A stretch of 64,000 nt of DNA from an uncultured Actinomycetota bacterium (GCA_963742765.1 CAVUMY010000002.1:1194895-1258894), one strand, 5' to 3'; shown: positions 1 through 10,084, numbered from the stretch's first letter. Numbers and translations: made by a program. Notes: generated by a model not told the origin, from the sequence alone.

Positions 1-225
1 ATCCGGTGTGCGCGAGCAATCGACGGACCCTCTCAACTCATCGTCAAGTGCATAGCGCCTCAGGTGGTCGGGTCGTTCACAGACAGCACGCCAAGCGGGT
101 CAGAGTGACAGAGGCACCACATACGAGTACATGTGGCTACCACCGTGTCCGAGCGCCATCCCTAGCAACACGACGCCAGCAATGATCGACTGTCCAGCCG
201 TGCACACCTGAACAACCCGAGGCTC

Positions 226-789
226 GTGCAATTGAGCCTATGGGCGCGGCCACTGCACTGGACCAGGTTCAGCGAACGCAGTGGATGGAGACGACTTCAA
301 ACGGAGTGTCGGGATCCGGCGGAGGTGGGGCCGGTCCGGCGGCGCACGCTGACGTGGCAGACCGTACTGACCGCGATCCGACGCGTCGGCCTGCCGGCCA
401 ACGAGGTGCAGGCGCCCCCGTACACACTGGTCAACCTGAAGACGACGTTCTACACGAAGTCGCAGACGGTGGCCCGCTCACTGCACCTGGTCGGGTTCGA
501 CGTCGACGTGGCGGCGACGCCGACGTCATACACCTGGCACTGGGGCGACAGGACCACGTCGACCAGCAGCACGCCCGGCCGCCCATACCCGTCGACCGAT
601 GTCACCCACACCTACGAGCACGCCACCCATGGCCACCGGATCTTGCTTCGCGTCGACACGATCTACACCGCGAAGTACCGGATCGACGGCGGCGGTTGGC
701 AACAGATCCCGAGCCGCCTCACCATCGCCGGTCCGACGACGCGACTGCCGGTCAAACAGGCGGCGGCGGTGCTCGTGGCCGGCGAGTGA
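226..789 (+). CDS. hypothetical protein with PKD-like C-terminal signature; start uncertain
   Basis: 187-aa ORF with a GTG start in the track. Third-position G+C is high from about codon 40 onward. The segment YTWHWGDRT...THTYEHATHGHRILLRV resembles a PKD-type beta-sandwich pattern. Family not recognised with certainty. Confidence 0.4.
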   Translation: MQLSLWARPLHWTRFSERSGWRRLQTECRDPAEVGPVRRRTLTWQTVLTAIRRVGLPANEVQAPPYTLVNLKTTFYTKSQTVARSLHLVGFDVDVAATPTSYTWHWGDRTTSTSSTPGRPYPSTDVTHTYEHATHGHRILLRVDTIYTAKYRIDGGGWQQIPSRLTIAGPTTRLPVKQAAAVLVAGE

Positions 790-846
790 CCCCGCAGAGG
801 AAAGACCGCGCACAGGGAGACCGCGCAGACACCACGCGGACATAGG

Positions 847-884
847 TGTGGGGCCCCTCAAAGTATGAGTTTGAGGGACCCCAC
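847..884 (+). terminator. hairpin downstream of the 226-789 ORF
   Basis: gtggggcccctcaaa (847-861) pairs with tttgagggaccccac (870-884), with one bulge. There is no T-tract, which is common in high-GC actinobacteria. Confidence 0.35.
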
Positions 885-1277
885 GGGTCGATCGAAGTGA
901 AGTGACGTCTCCGACCGATCAGTCGTTCCGTTGAATCCCGCCAGCCTCGTCACCGGCTGTCGCAGTGAGTCGCCTCACCGTGTGGATCCTCGGTTTCCGT
1001 CCGATCCCGCCTTCCCTCTCAGGAGGGCGTGAGAGATTTCTACACGGCTCCGGAGACGTCGCACAACCCTTTCCCACAAAGAATTTCAGCTATTTCTTCG
1101 AGTTGAAGAGTTACCCACAGAAGTCGCCCGTTCATCCACCACAACTGCCCCGCCGTCCACCGAATTCGTGAACTTCTCCACAGGCAGCCCTTCCGGTCGA
1201 CGAACCTTGTCAGCCGTCGCCGGCCACCGATACGGTCGCACGAGGCGCACCCCGTCCATTCCGACCAGGAGGTACGC

Positions 1278-2999
1278 ATGAGGCTCGCCCATCATCGTTC
1301 GATCACCCGTCGCGGCAGGCCCCGACGGCGTACCCGGGCTGCCCTGGGCAGCGTGGTTCTCACCGCCGCCCTCATCGCTGTGCCGATCACCAGCAACGGT
1401 GCGCAAAGTCCACGAACGGACGCTGGCTCCCCAGCCACGTCAGCGTCCCACTCGACTCCCCACCACGTGGTCTTCATCGTGCTCGACCAGCTCCGGCCCG
1501 AGTTCATCGACGCCTTCGACATGACCAACGTCAAGCAGCTGATGAAGGACGGCACGAGCTTCCCCAAGGCCTACCTCGGGCACATGGCGTCCGAGACCGT
1601 GATCAGCCACAACGTCATGACCAGCGGCATCCTGCCCAAGCACATGGGCTGGTCCGACGAGTGGTTCCGCGACGTCGACGGAGTCCTGGGAGATGCCGGC
1701 AAGACCTACGTGAGCGGCTCCCTGTCCGCCGCCCAGTTCGACCTGCTCATCAAACACGGTGGGTACAAGAAGCTCCCCGACTATCTGCACGAGAAGTTCC
1801 CCGGCACGATCGTCGCCACGGTCGGCCAGAAGTCCTACGCGACCAACTCCATGGGCGGCCCAGGAGCCGACATGCGCATCACCTACAGCGGCCGCGACCA
1901 TGACTGTGACGGTGATGGCGTCAATAGCTGGCGCGGCCCCTCAGACGCCGACGGCAACGTCCCGACCTACCTGGCCAGTCCCTACTGCGGCAGGTTCTAC
2001 ATCGACTCCGACAAGGCACACTCACACGGCACCAGCACCACCCCGCCCGCGTGGATGTACCCGCTCGAGGGCAACCGCGACGTGCCGGGCAGCGACCCGG
2101 ATCACTACGGCGGAGACGTGTGGACCGCTGATGCGGCCATGGCCATCATGGACCACGAGAACTGGAGCGGACTCCTCATCACCATGGGCGGCATCGACAA
2201 AGCCGGCCACATGTGGGGCGGCCTCAACGACGTTCCGCCGTACCCCGGAGGTGACGCCGACACCCACATGGCCAGCGTGGCGAAGACCGCCGACGACCAG
2301 GTCGGACGAATCATGGACAAGCTCGACGAGCTCGGGATCCGAGACGACACGCTCGTGGTGCTGACCACCGACCACGCCCAGCTCACCGCCGAGACGTACT
2401 TCGGCAACGACAGCACGGGTCGGGGCAACTACAACTGGTACTACGGCACAGCAACCGGCACGGGCGAGAACTACCTGCTGCCCCAGCCAGAGATCCAAAA
2501 GCTGATCGACGGCACCGGAAACGTGCAGATGAGCATGCAGGACTCCGCGATCCGGACCTGGTTGATCGACCGGTCCACGGCAAAGAAGCAGCAGGCGGCC
2601 GATGTGATGTCGACACTAGGAGGAGTGCGGGCGTCGTACTACCTGGACGGCAACCGGTACAAGCTGCGCTGGGCCGCACCGCGTTCTCAGTGGGGCAACG
2701 ACGCCTGGCAGTGGTACAAGAAGCACGGTCAGGAGATCGTCGACACCGCGGCCGCACCCTACGGGCCTGACGTCATCGGGCTGCTGGCGAACAACACCAG
2801 CTATGGCGTCAAAGGTGACCACGGTGGTGCCCAGGAGTCCGTGCAACGGATCCCGATCATCTTCAGCGGCCCCGGCATCAAGGCGGGGAAGAAGCCGGGG
2901 ATCCAGATGCGGTCGGTGGACATCACGCCCACCATCCTCCGGGAGCTCGGCATCACACCGAGCCGACCACTGGACGGCAAGGCCTACCCGTTGCCGTAG
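1278..2999 (+). CDS. alkaline-phosphatase-superfamily enzyme (nucleotide pyrophosphatase/phosphodiesterase-like), secreted
   Basis: 573-aa ORF. GGAGG lies 6 nt upstream of the ATG and there is an N-terminal signal-like segment. Metal-site motifs VVFIVLDQLR, TTDHAQ and KGDHGG are typical of the AlkP/NPP superfamily. Confidence 0.8.
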   Translation: MRLAHHRSITRRGRPRRRTRAALGSVVLTAALIAVPITSNGAQSPRTDAGSPATSASHSTPHHVVFIVLDQLRPEFIDAFDMTNVKQLMKDGTSFPKAYLGHMASETVISHNVMTSGILPKHMGWSDEWFRDVDGVLGDAGKTYVSGSLSAAQFDLLIKHGGYKKLPDYLHEKFPGTIVATVGQKSYATNSMGGPGADMRITYSGRDHDCDGDGVNSWRGPSDADGNVPTYLASPYCGRFYIDSDKAHSHGTSTTPPAWMYPLEGNRDVPGSDPDHYGGDVWTADAAMAIMDHENWSGLLITMGGIDKAGHMWGGLNDVPPYPGGDADTHMASVAKTADDQVGRIMDKLDELGIRDDTLVVLTTDHAQLTAETYFGNDSTGRGNYNWYYGTATGTGENYLLPQPEIQKLIDGTGNVQMSMQDSAIRTWLIDRSTAKKQQAADVMSTLGGVRASYYLDGNRYKLRWAAPRSQWGNDAWQWYKKHGQEIVDTAAAPYGPDVIGLLANNTSYGVKGDHGGAQESVQRIPIIFSGPGIKAGKKPGIQMRSVDITPTILRELGITPSRPLDGKAYPLP

Positions 3000-3139
3000 C
3001 GACCGGGGAGGCCGGGGCGGTCACGCCCCGGCCTCCGTTCGTCCACAGATCCCTGAGCCGGACGTGGTCGCACTTGCGTCCCGGGGTACCTTGACCGTCG
3101 ACGCGGTGGAAGTTCCGCCGTGCTCACTGTCTCTGGAGC

Positions 3140-4720
3140 GTGCCACGCATGTCCGTCCTCTCACTTCGCCGCAGCGTCGGCCTGCTCGCTGCAGCCGCCA
3201 TCGCCTGCGCGCCCACGACCGTCGCCAGCGCGCAGCCCACCCTGGCCGGCCAGTCGTCAACGCCAGGACTCGGCACGTCCCTGAAAGGCGCAGCCGCCAC
3301 CGTCAAGATCCCGGACAACGTTCGCTTCTACCAGCGCCGGGTGTCCCTGCTGGGCACGCACACCTGGTACCAGCAGCGCTATCAGCACCACGTCGTCATC
3401 GGTGGCTGGTACGCCGTGCACGACTGGGACAACCGCCCCGCCACGACCTGGGACCACCGCCTCAAGGTCCGGAAGCTCGCCAAGACATCGCCAGCGGTCT
3501 CCCCCGCCACCGCGGCGGACAACGTCGACGTACGTGACAAGCAGGCGGCAACGCCGCGGACCATCCCGGGCCTCGTGGTCCTGCCCGGTCGATCCGGCGC
3601 CCCCGCCCGGCTCGTCTGGCGCGTCCTCACCACAAGCGGTTCGGGCGTCATGGCGTCGTACGTCGATGCCGCCAACGGCCGCACCCTGCGCACCGTCCAG
3701 CTCGCCAAGTCAGCCCGTGCGGACGGGTCACGGTCTGCGGCTCGCGGAGCCGCCAACCCTCTCCCCCAGGGCAAGGTGTTCGATCCCAACCCGGTGGTCT
3801 CGTTACAGGACGAGTCGCTGAGGGACCACGGCGACGCCAACAGTGTCGTGCCGGACACGGCCTACCAAACCGTCGACCTGCGCAACTTGCGCGGCAACGA
3901 CACGCTGGTCGGCAAGTGGGCGAAGATCGTCAACGCCCACGCGGCACCGCCCACCCCGGATCCCGGCACCGGCCGTGACACCTACTTCTTCAAGCGCTCG
4001 AGCGACTACTTCGAGCAAGTCAACGCCTACTACGCCGTGAACGCCGAGCAGGAGTACCTGCGGGCGCTCGGGCTCAAGCACGTGAACGCCGGATCGCAGC
4101 CGGTCAAGACCGACGCCTTCCCCGACGACAACTCGTACTACGACCCCTCGGTCGACCAGATCTCGCTCGGCACCGGCGGCGTGGACGACGCTGAGGACGC
4201 CGAGGTCATCTGGCACGAGTACGGCCACGCGATCCAGGATGACCAGGTCCCCGGCTACGGCACCTCGCAACAGGCCGGCTCGATCGGTGAGGGGTTCGGC
4301 GACTACATGGCCGCGGTGATGAGCCAGGCGGCCACCACTCCCAACGACACACCCCTCACCCCCGCCGCCTGCCTGATGGACTGGGACTCGACGTCCTACA
4401 CGTCGACCGCGCCGCACTGCATCCGGCGCACCGACCTGAATCTCGACTTCCGCAAGGACCGCAACGGCGAAGTGCACCACGACGGGCAGATCTGGTCGCG
4501 GGCCCTGTGGGACATGTACCTCAGCCCGGACATCAACACCACGCCTGGGGATGACGTCGCGACCCGCATCATCGTCGAGGCGCAGTTCAACTTCACCCCC
4601 ACCATCTCGATGCCGGCCGCGGCCAAGCGCATCATCAACACCGCCAGGGCGCTCCCGGGCACCGATCCATCCCTGGTGGCCGCGATCAAGACCGCCTTCA
4701 GGGACCGCCACATCCTGTAG
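3140..4720 (+). CDS. secreted zinc metalloprotease (HExxH gluzincin)
   Basis: 526-aa ORF with signal peptide SVLSLRRSVGLLAAAAIACAPTTVASA. It has the motif VIWHEYGHAIQD followed by EGFGDYM. An alternative ATG start is at 3149. Confidence 0.75.
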   Translation: MPRMSVLSLRRSVGLLAAAAIACAPTTVASAQPTLAGQSSTPGLGTSLKGAAATVKIPDNVRFYQRRVSLLGTHTWYQQRYQHHVVIGGWYAVHDWDNRPATTWDHRLKVRKLAKTSPAVSPATAADNVDVRDKQAATPRTIPGLVVLPGRSGAPARLVWRVLTTSGSGVMASYVDAANGRTLRTVQLAKSARADGSRSAARGAANPLPQGKVFDPNPVVSLQDESLRDHGDANSVVPDTAYQTVDLRNLRGNDTLVGKWAKIVNAHAAPPTPDPGTGRDTYFFKRSSDYFEQVNAYYAVNAEQEYLRALGLKHVNAGSQPVKTDAFPDDNSYYDPSVDQISLGTGGVDDAEDAEVIWHEYGHAIQDDQVPGYGTSQQAGSIGEGFGDYMAAVMSQAATTPNDTPLTPAACLMDWDSTSYTSTAPHCIRRTDLNLDFRKDRNGEVHHDGQIWSRALWDMYLSPDINTTPGDDVATRIIVEAQFNFTPTISMPAAAKRIINTARALPGTDPSLVAAIKTAFRDRHIL

Positions 4721-4810
4721 CCGACGCCAAGGATCCGGGTGTTGCATGGCCTGGGCCGCGAAACACCCGGATCTTGACGCCTCCCCGGGTCAGTGATCAG
4801 TGTTGTTTGA

Positions 4811-5218
4811 TCAGTACTGGGGAACGAACAGCTGCTGGCCGATCCGGATCGAGCCCGCGTCCGGCAGCTGGTTGAGATCGACGATGTCGGCGATCACGGT
4901 GCGAGGGTCTTCGCCGGGAGCGATGCGGGTGGCGATGTCCCACAGCGTCTGACCCGCCCCGACCACGACGGTGTGCTGAGTGGCGTGGTGGGTCTGGTCG
5001 GTCGACACCGCCGGGCTCGACAGCAGCGTGAACGCGGCGAAGGCCAGGGCCAGCACGACCATCAGCAGGAGCAGTCGCCCTCGTCGCGTCAATCGCACGG
5101 GCGCGACCTCGCGCGAGACGGCGCGAGATGACCGTGCCGGGGACGCCGGACGCGCGGCTCGCGGCCGGGTGATCCTGACATCGCGCTGGTGCGGTGCAGT
5201 GAGGGTGGCGGTGCTCAT
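4811..5218 (-). CDS. LysM-domain membrane protein (ChiZ/Rv2719c-like position next to lexA)
   Basis: Internal ATG (MSTATLTAPH...) chosen inside the 186-aa track ORF. One TM segment (LLLLMVVLALAFAAF) and a C-terminal LysM motif HTVVVGAGQTLWDIATRI...IRIGQQLFVP. LexA boxes lie upstream. Confidence 0.8.
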   Translation of the reverse strand: MSTATLTAPHQRDVRITRPRAARPASPARSSRAVSREVAPVRLTRRGRLLLLMVVLALAFAAFTLLSSPAVSTDQTHHATQHTVVVGAGQTLWDIATRIAPGEDPRTVIADIVDLNQLPDAGSIRIGQQLFVPQY

Positions 5219-5347
5219 CGGTGACCTCCGGGGAAGGCGATCTGGCTGGTCTCTCGTCTGGTCCAAGGTGTATCGGTGGCCACCGACAGTCGGCGGCCGC
5301 GTGGTCGGCTCGCCCGCATCGGACCCTGGCGGCGTACGCCGAGGGAA

Positions 5348-5379
5348 TCGAATACACGTTCGATCGAACACATGTTTGA
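5348..5379. promoter_or_regulatory. two abutting LexA (SOS) boxes
   Basis: TCGAATACACGTTCGA (5348-5363) is immediately followed by TCGAACACATGTTTGA (5364-5379). Both match the actinobacterial consensus TCGAAC-N4-GTTCGA with 1 mismatch each. Confidence 0.75.
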
Positions 5380-5416
5380 ACCGTAGCAGTCCGGCGCGAC
5401 ATTTCTCGGGAGGTGG

Positions 5417-5432
5417 TCGAACGCGTGTTCGA
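5417..5432. promoter_or_regulatory. LexA (SOS) box upstream of the SRPBCC gene
   Basis: TCGAACGCGTGTTCGA is a perfect match to TCGAAC-N4-GTTCGA and ends 38 nt before the 5471 ATG. Confidence 0.75.
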
Positions 5433-5470
5433 TCGGCGCGTCGCGCAGCGCCGGGTAGCGTGGACGTGTG

Positions 5471-5899
5471 ATGACCCTTTCGCGGACCGTCCAGGTCGAC
5501 AAGCCCATCAGTCGCGTCTACGCCTATCTCAGCGACTTCACGACGAGCGAGGAGTGGGACGCCGGCACCGTGCGGACCACCCGCGTCAGCGGGGACGGCA
5601 GCGTCGGGACGACCTACGCCAACACCTCACGTTTCTTCGGCCGCGAGACCGACCTCACCTACGTCATCACCGCGCTCGAGCCCGAACGCACGATCGCGCT
5701 GCGCGGCGAGAACAAGACCGTGGTCGCCAACGACACCATCGTGCTGACCGGCGACGAGCACCACACCCAGGTCGTCTACACGGCCCAGTTCGAGTTCCAA
5801 GGGTTCGTCAAGTACCTCGAGCCACTCCTCACCCTGACGATGAAGCGCTTCGGCGACGACGCCCAGGCCAGCTTGCAACAGGCGCTGCGGAAGCTCTAA
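5471..5899 (+). CDS. SRPBCC-family (polyketide cyclase/dehydrase-like) protein
   Basis: 142 aa. The N-terminus TLSRTVQVDKPISRVYAYLSDFTTSEEWD is typical of SRPBCC/START-like proteins. The track ORF starts 3 nt earlier at a GTG. Confidence 0.7.
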   Translation: MTLSRTVQVDKPISRVYAYLSDFTTSEEWDAGTVRTTRVSGDGSVGTTYANTSRFFGRETDLTYVITALEPERTIALRGENKTVVANDTIVLTGDEHHTQVVYTAQFEFQGFVKYLEPLLTLTMKRFGDDAQASLQQALRKL

Positions 5900-5967
5900 G
5901 GCCTCTCGGGGCCGCCGAAACCGGTGTCGACGGCCCGTCCTGGTCGCCCGGGTCGCAACACGCCGAT

Positions 5968-5983
5968 TCGAACAAATGTTTGA
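5968..5983. promoter_or_regulatory. LexA (SOS) box upstream of lexA (autoregulation)
   Basis: TCGAACAAATGTTTGA has 1 mismatch to the consensus and lies about 135 nt upstream of the lexA ATG. Confidence 0.7.
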
Positions 5984-6116
5984 AAGCGTCGGCCGGCGGG
6001 TTTAACGTCTGTAGGGAGACGTCAAGCGCCTGGCACCCCTCCCCAGGCAGGCGCTTGACGCTCTCGCGAATCGACCACGATCCGGCTGCGGCCGGGCGAC
6101 TTGAGGGCGTGACGAC

Positions 6117-6869
6117 ATGGCCAAGACGGCGAAGAAGGCAAAGCCGGCCACCGATGCTGCTGCCGGTACCTCGGTACGCGAACTGCCGGACGGCCCACCC
6201 GACGCCACCGGTCTGACGCCGCGCCAACGCCGCGTGCTTGCCGTCATTCGTGACTCGGTCGAGGCGCGCGGCTACCCCCCGAGCATGCGTGAGATCGGGC
6301 AGTCCGTCGGCCTCACCAGCTCGTCCTCGGTGGCCCACCAGCTCCGCGTCCTGGAGACCAAGGGCTACCTCCGTCGTGACCCAAACCGTCCGCGGGCGGT
6401 CGAGGTGCTCATGCCCGACAGCCAGCCCCGACGCTCCGTCGGTTCAGCCACCGAGTCGTCGTACGACGAGACCGGCAGCGGCGACGCCAGGCCGGAGGCC
6501 GTCTTCGTGCCGATGGTCGGCCGGATCGCGGCCGGCGGACCGATCCTGGCCGAGGAGCGTGTCGACGAGATGTTCCCCATGCCGCGGCAGCTCGTCGGCG
6601 ACGGCACCCTCTTCCTGCTCGAGGTGGTCGGCGACTCCATGGTCGACGCGGCCATCTGTGACGGCGACTTCGTCGTCATCCGTCAGCAACCCACCGCCGA
6701 GAACGGCGAGATCGTGGCGGCGATGATCGACGGCGAAGCCACCGTCAAGACGCTGCAGAAGAAGGCCGGCAAGGTGTGGCTGATGCCGCACAACGACGCC
6801 TACGAGCCGATCGACGGCACCGACGCCTCGATCCTCGGCAAGGTCGTCACCGTCATGCGCCGGATCTGA
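6117..6869 (+). CDS. lexA: LexA repressor
   Basis: 250 aa. Winged-helix segment [54 protein letters not shown]24 peptidase part includes the AAG cleavage region, GDSM, and the Lys region GEATVK. Confidence 0.95.
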   Translation: MAKTAKKAKPATDAAAGTSVRELPDGPPDATGLTPRQRRVLAVIRDSVEARGYPPSMREIGQSVGLTSSSSVAHQLRVLETKGYLRRDPNRPRAVEVLMPDSQPRRSVGSATESSYDETGSGDARPEAVFVPMVGRIAAGGPILAEERVDEMFPMPRQLVGDGTLFLLEVVGDSMVDAAICDGDFVVIRQQPTAENGEIVAAMIDGEATVKTLQKKAGKVWLMPHNDAYEPIDGTDASILGKVVTVMRRI

Positions 6870-6941
6870 CGCCTCCCACGTTTGCACACCCGCCTGGGCG
6901 GGAACGTCCTTCGACAACGACCGTTGCCGTAGGAGGTGCCC

Positions 6942-7214
6942 ATGCCGGGCCGCAAGAAGCCGGGACCATCCGTCAAGGATGACAAAACGTACGAAGCGTT
7001 GCGCGGCGGGGGTGCCAGCAAGGAGAAGGCCGCCCGGATCGCGAACGCCTCCGCCAGCCAGGGCCGCTCGACGGTGAGCAGACGAGGCGGCAAGGCCGGT
7101 GACTACGAGGACATGAGCAAGCAGCAGCTCTACGACCGCGCGAAGAAGGTTGGCATCGACGGTCGGTCGTCGATGTCCAAATCCCAGCTCATCGACTCGC
7201 TCCGCAACCACTGA
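6942..7214 (+). CDS. small basic protein with Rho-termination-factor N-terminal-like (SAP-like) C-terminal domain
   Basis: AGGAGG lies 5 nt upstream of the ATG at 6942. The C-terminus MSKQQLYDRAKKVGIDGRSSMSKSQLIDSL resembles the Rho_N/SAP helix-extended-helix motif. Confidence 0.65.
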   Translation: MPGRKKPGPSVKDDKTYEALRGGGASKEKAARIANASASQGRSTVSRRGGKAGDYEDMSKQQLYDRAKKVGIDGRSSMSKSQLIDSLRNH

Positions 7215-7225
7215 CCGCACGCGGC

Positions 7226-8536
7226 TCAACCCACGTGGGCGCCCCGCTCTTTCTCCGGCGCGTCCTCGGGCAGGGTCGGCAGATAGACGGTGACCCGGGT
7301 CAGCCCGTCCTGGACCCCCGTGGTGAGCCGTCCACCTTCGGCTTCCGCGAGTGAGCGGGCCAGGGCGAGACCGCGCCCCTCGCGCGGCCCCTGGGTGTCG
7401 GTGTCCTCGACGCGGACAGGGCCGCTCCCATCGGCGGCTCCTTCGTCGAGGATGTCGATGGCAACCGCACCCCCGACGTCACGGGCATGGATCTCCACCA
7501 CGCCGCTCCCGTGGCGATAGGCATTGTCGACGAGGGTCTGCACGACCTGGCGGGCGGCCGGCAGCGACGCGACCACCACCGCACCCTGATCCCCGCGCAG
7601 GCGAAGCGGGCGATCCTGAGCGGCCAAGGTGCCGTGCCATGCCTCCCGCACCCCATCGAGGAGTGCCTCGACGGAGAACGATCCGTTGCCGCCGTCGCCG
7701 CGGGCGACCGCCAAGACATCGTCGACGGTCTGCCCCAGGACGTCGGCCGACGCCAGCGCCTCCTGGACGGCCAGCCGAAGGTCATCGGGCTCACCCTCGA
7801 GACCCCTCTCGAGCTCGAGTCGTAGTCGCGTCAGCGGCGTACGCAACTGATGGGATGCGTCGGCGGTGAATGACCGTTGCCGAGCGATCAGCGCGGACAG
7901 CCGGTCAGCCGTACCGTTCAGCGCGGCACCGGCTTGATCGATCTCCGCGATGCCGCTCGGACCGGCGCGGGCGCCGAGGTTTCCGTCCCCGAGCTCCGTC
8001 GACACCTGCTCGAGCTCGATCAGCGGACGCACCAGCACCGTGCTGAGCCGCCGGGCGAGCAGCAACGCCGAAGCCGCGGCGATGATCGCGATCCCAGCCA
8101 TCCCCGCCCACAGCCACCACACGCGATGCTGGACCACCGACGATGGAGATGACGCGCGTACGACGGCGATCACCTGCTCCCCCGAGCTGACGGGGACAGC
8201 TGCCGCCAGCACCCCATTGCGACTGTCGACGGGAACTCCGTTCAGCGCGTCCCTGAGCGGCTGATCGAGCTGCGCAGGGCCGCGGCCGGTGATCCTCGTT
8301 CCGGCGGTGTCGTAGACCGCGAGCTGCACCGCTGCTTCGGTGCTCGGCAGCTCGATCGGGTCGCCGGACGCAAAGGTCGGGCCAACGTCGACCGCCGCCC
8401 CCAAGGCCAAGCGCTCGAGCTCTCCTTGTTCGTCCGACAGCACCATCCGCTGGACCAGGATCGCGAGGGGAACGCCGAAAACGGTCACCGCCAGCGTCAC
8501 GGCCGCCAAGGCCACCGTGACGATCCGTCTCCGCAT
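7226..8536 (-). CDS. sensor histidine kinase
   Basis: Internal ATG at 8536 (MRRRIVTVALAAV...) chosen within an over-extended 666-aa track ORF. Two TM segments, an H-box FTADASHQLRTPLTRL, and a C-terminal HATPase region (DNAYRHG, GRGLALA). Confidence 0.85.
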   Translation of the reverse strand: MRRRIVTVALAAVTLAVTVFGVPLAILVQRMVLSDEQGELERLALGAAVDVGPTFASGDPIELPSTEAAVQLAVYDTAGTRITGRGPAQLDQPLRDALNGVPVDSRNGVLAAAVPVSSGEQVIAVVRASSPSSVVQHRVWWLWAGMAGIAIIAAASALLLARRLSTVLVRPLIELEQVSTELGDGNLGARAGPSGIAEIDQAGAALNGTADRLSALIARQRSFTADASHQLRTPLTRLRLELERGLEGEPDDLRLAVQEALASADVLGQTVDDVLAVARGDGGNGSFSVEALLDGVREAWHGTLAAQDRPLRLRGDQGAVVVASLPAARQVVQTLVDNAYRHGSGVVEIHARDVGGAVAIDILDEGAADGSGPVRVEDTDTQGPREGRGLALARSLAEAEGGRLTTGVQDGLTRVTVYLPTLPEDAPEKERGAHVG

Positions 8537-8720
8537 CTGGCGCCCTCCGCCCGCTCGACTCACCTCATTGTGTCCCTCGGACTGCGCCACGCACCGCGAT
8601 CGATGCCGGCGAGAACGAAATTTTGCCCTCCTCTTACCTGCAGGTGGCAAGCGGCTGGCCGACGTCGTCCTAGCGTCGAAGAGGAACACGCGAGAGCACT
8701 CCGAGACCACAGGAGCACCG

Positions 8721-9401
8721 ATGACAGCACCCCGTCTGGCCACCGCAACCGGCGTTCTGGCCGCGACCCTGCTCCTGGCCCTGGCGGCGTGCTCGAGCAC
8801 GGCGCCACATGCGACACCGACCCTGAGCACTGCCCCGACCGGCGGTGGATCAGCCAGCGGGACGCCCACCCCGCAGTCCCTACAGACGTCGTCCCCGACG
8901 ACGCCGAGCGGCCCGGCGCCGGCCACGGAGTTCAACCCACCTGGCGACATCCCTGACAACCAGGTGTTCGTGAAGTACCGGCCGCCGGGCAGCACGGTCA
9001 CCATCCAGGTTCCGGAGGGTTGGGCGAGGTCGACCCAGGCGGGCACCGTGACATTCACCGACCACTTCAACTCGGTCGGGATCTCCGAGCGATCGGCGTC
9101 CACGGCGCCGACCGAGCAGTCGGCCATGCACCACGACGTGCGCGCGATCGAACATGCCAACGCGAACGTCAAGGCCGTCCACGTCTCGATGATCACCCGC
9201 GCGGGCCAGCAAGCGGTCCTGATCACCTACCAGGCCGACTCCAAGCCGGATCCGGTGACCAACAAGGTCGTGGTCGATGCTGTCGAGGTCTATGAGTTCT
9301 TCCACCAGGGCCATGAGGCCGTGCTCACCCTGACCGGACCTTCGGGCGCCGACAACGTCGACCCGTGGCGCACCGTGAGCGAGTCACTCGCATGGTCATG
9401 A
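8721..9401 (+). CDS. lipoprotein of unknown function, first gene of the ABC operon
   Basis: ATG at 8721. Signal plus lipobox LLLALAAC|SS, followed by a Pro/Thr/Ser linker. The stop overlaps the next start (ATGA). Confidence 0.65.
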   Translation: MTAPRLATATGVLAATLLLALAACSSTAPHATPTLSTAPTGGGSASGTPTPQSLQTSSPTTPSGPAPATEFNPPGDIPDNQVFVKYRPPGSTVTIQVPEGWARSTQAGTVTFTDHFNSVGISERSASTAPTEQSAMHHDVRAIEHANANVKAVHVSMITRAGQQAVLITYQADSKPDPVTNKVVVDAVEVYEFFHQGHEAVLTLTGPSGADNVDPWRTVSESLAWS

Positions 9402-10084
9402 CGATGCCCGGACCGACGGCACTGACGACGGAAACACCCCTGCGAGCTCGCGAGCTGTACCGGTTCTTCCGAGCGGGAGAAGAGGAGACGCTGGCCCTGC
9501 AAGGCGTCTCGCTCGACCTGAGTCGGGGCGAGCTCGTCGCCGTGGTCGGACCGTCGGGCTCGGGGAAGTCGACCCTCCTCAACCTGCTGGCCGGGCTCGA
9601 CGAACCCTCCGGCGGCACCGTCTGGCTCGGCGGCCTACGGATGAGCCACCAGCCCGAGACCGTAAAAACAGAGTTGCGGTCGCGGCAGCTAGGCGTCCTC
9701 CGGCAAGCAGACAACCTGCTCCCCTACCTCAACATCCGGGCGAACCTGACCATCCTGGCCAGAGTCCGGGGAGTCGACGGTCACGAGGACGAGCTCCTCG
9801 AGTCGCTCGGTATCGCCGGCCAGGCGAGGTCGCTGCCACACCAGCTGTCCGGTGGCGAGCTGGCCCGTGCCGGCCTCGCCTGTGCACTGGTGGGAAGCCC
9901 GCCCGTCCTGCTGGCCGACGAGCCGACAGGAGAGCTCGACGGAGACACCGAGGACGTCGTGCTGGAGCTGCTCCGCCACCAGGCAGCTCAGGGTGTTGCG
10001 GTCCTCGTCGCCAGTCACAGCCCCGCTGTTCATCGCCTGGCTGACCGGGTCGTGGAGCTGCTCGACGGACGGGTACGCCGATGA
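9398..10084 (+). CDS. ABC transporter ATP-binding protein (MacB/FtsE-like)
   Basis: Walker A GPSGSGKST, signature LSGGE, Walker B LLADEPTGELD. ATGA overlaps with both neighbours. Confidence 0.9.
   Translation: MTMPGPTALTTETPLRARELYRFFRAGEEETLALQGVSLDLSRGELVAVVGPSGSGKSTLLNLLAGLDEPSGGTVWLGGLRMSHQPETVKTELRSRQLGVLRQADNLLPYLNIRANLTILARVRGVDGHEDELLESLGIAGQARSLPHQLSGGELARAGLACALVGSPPVLLADEPTGELDGDTEDVVLELLRHQAAQGVAVLVASHSPAVHRLADRVVELLDGRVRR

Noticed and set aside
1-225. Partial gene at the left window edge
   Set aside because: No frame on either strand gave a stop-free, compositionally plausible reading across the first 225 nt.
7226-9226. 666-aa ORF in the track
   Set aside because: Only the last 436 codons (from the ATG at 8536) look like a histidine kinase. 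The first 230 codons are antisense to the lipoprotein gene and its upstream region and have nonsense-like composition.
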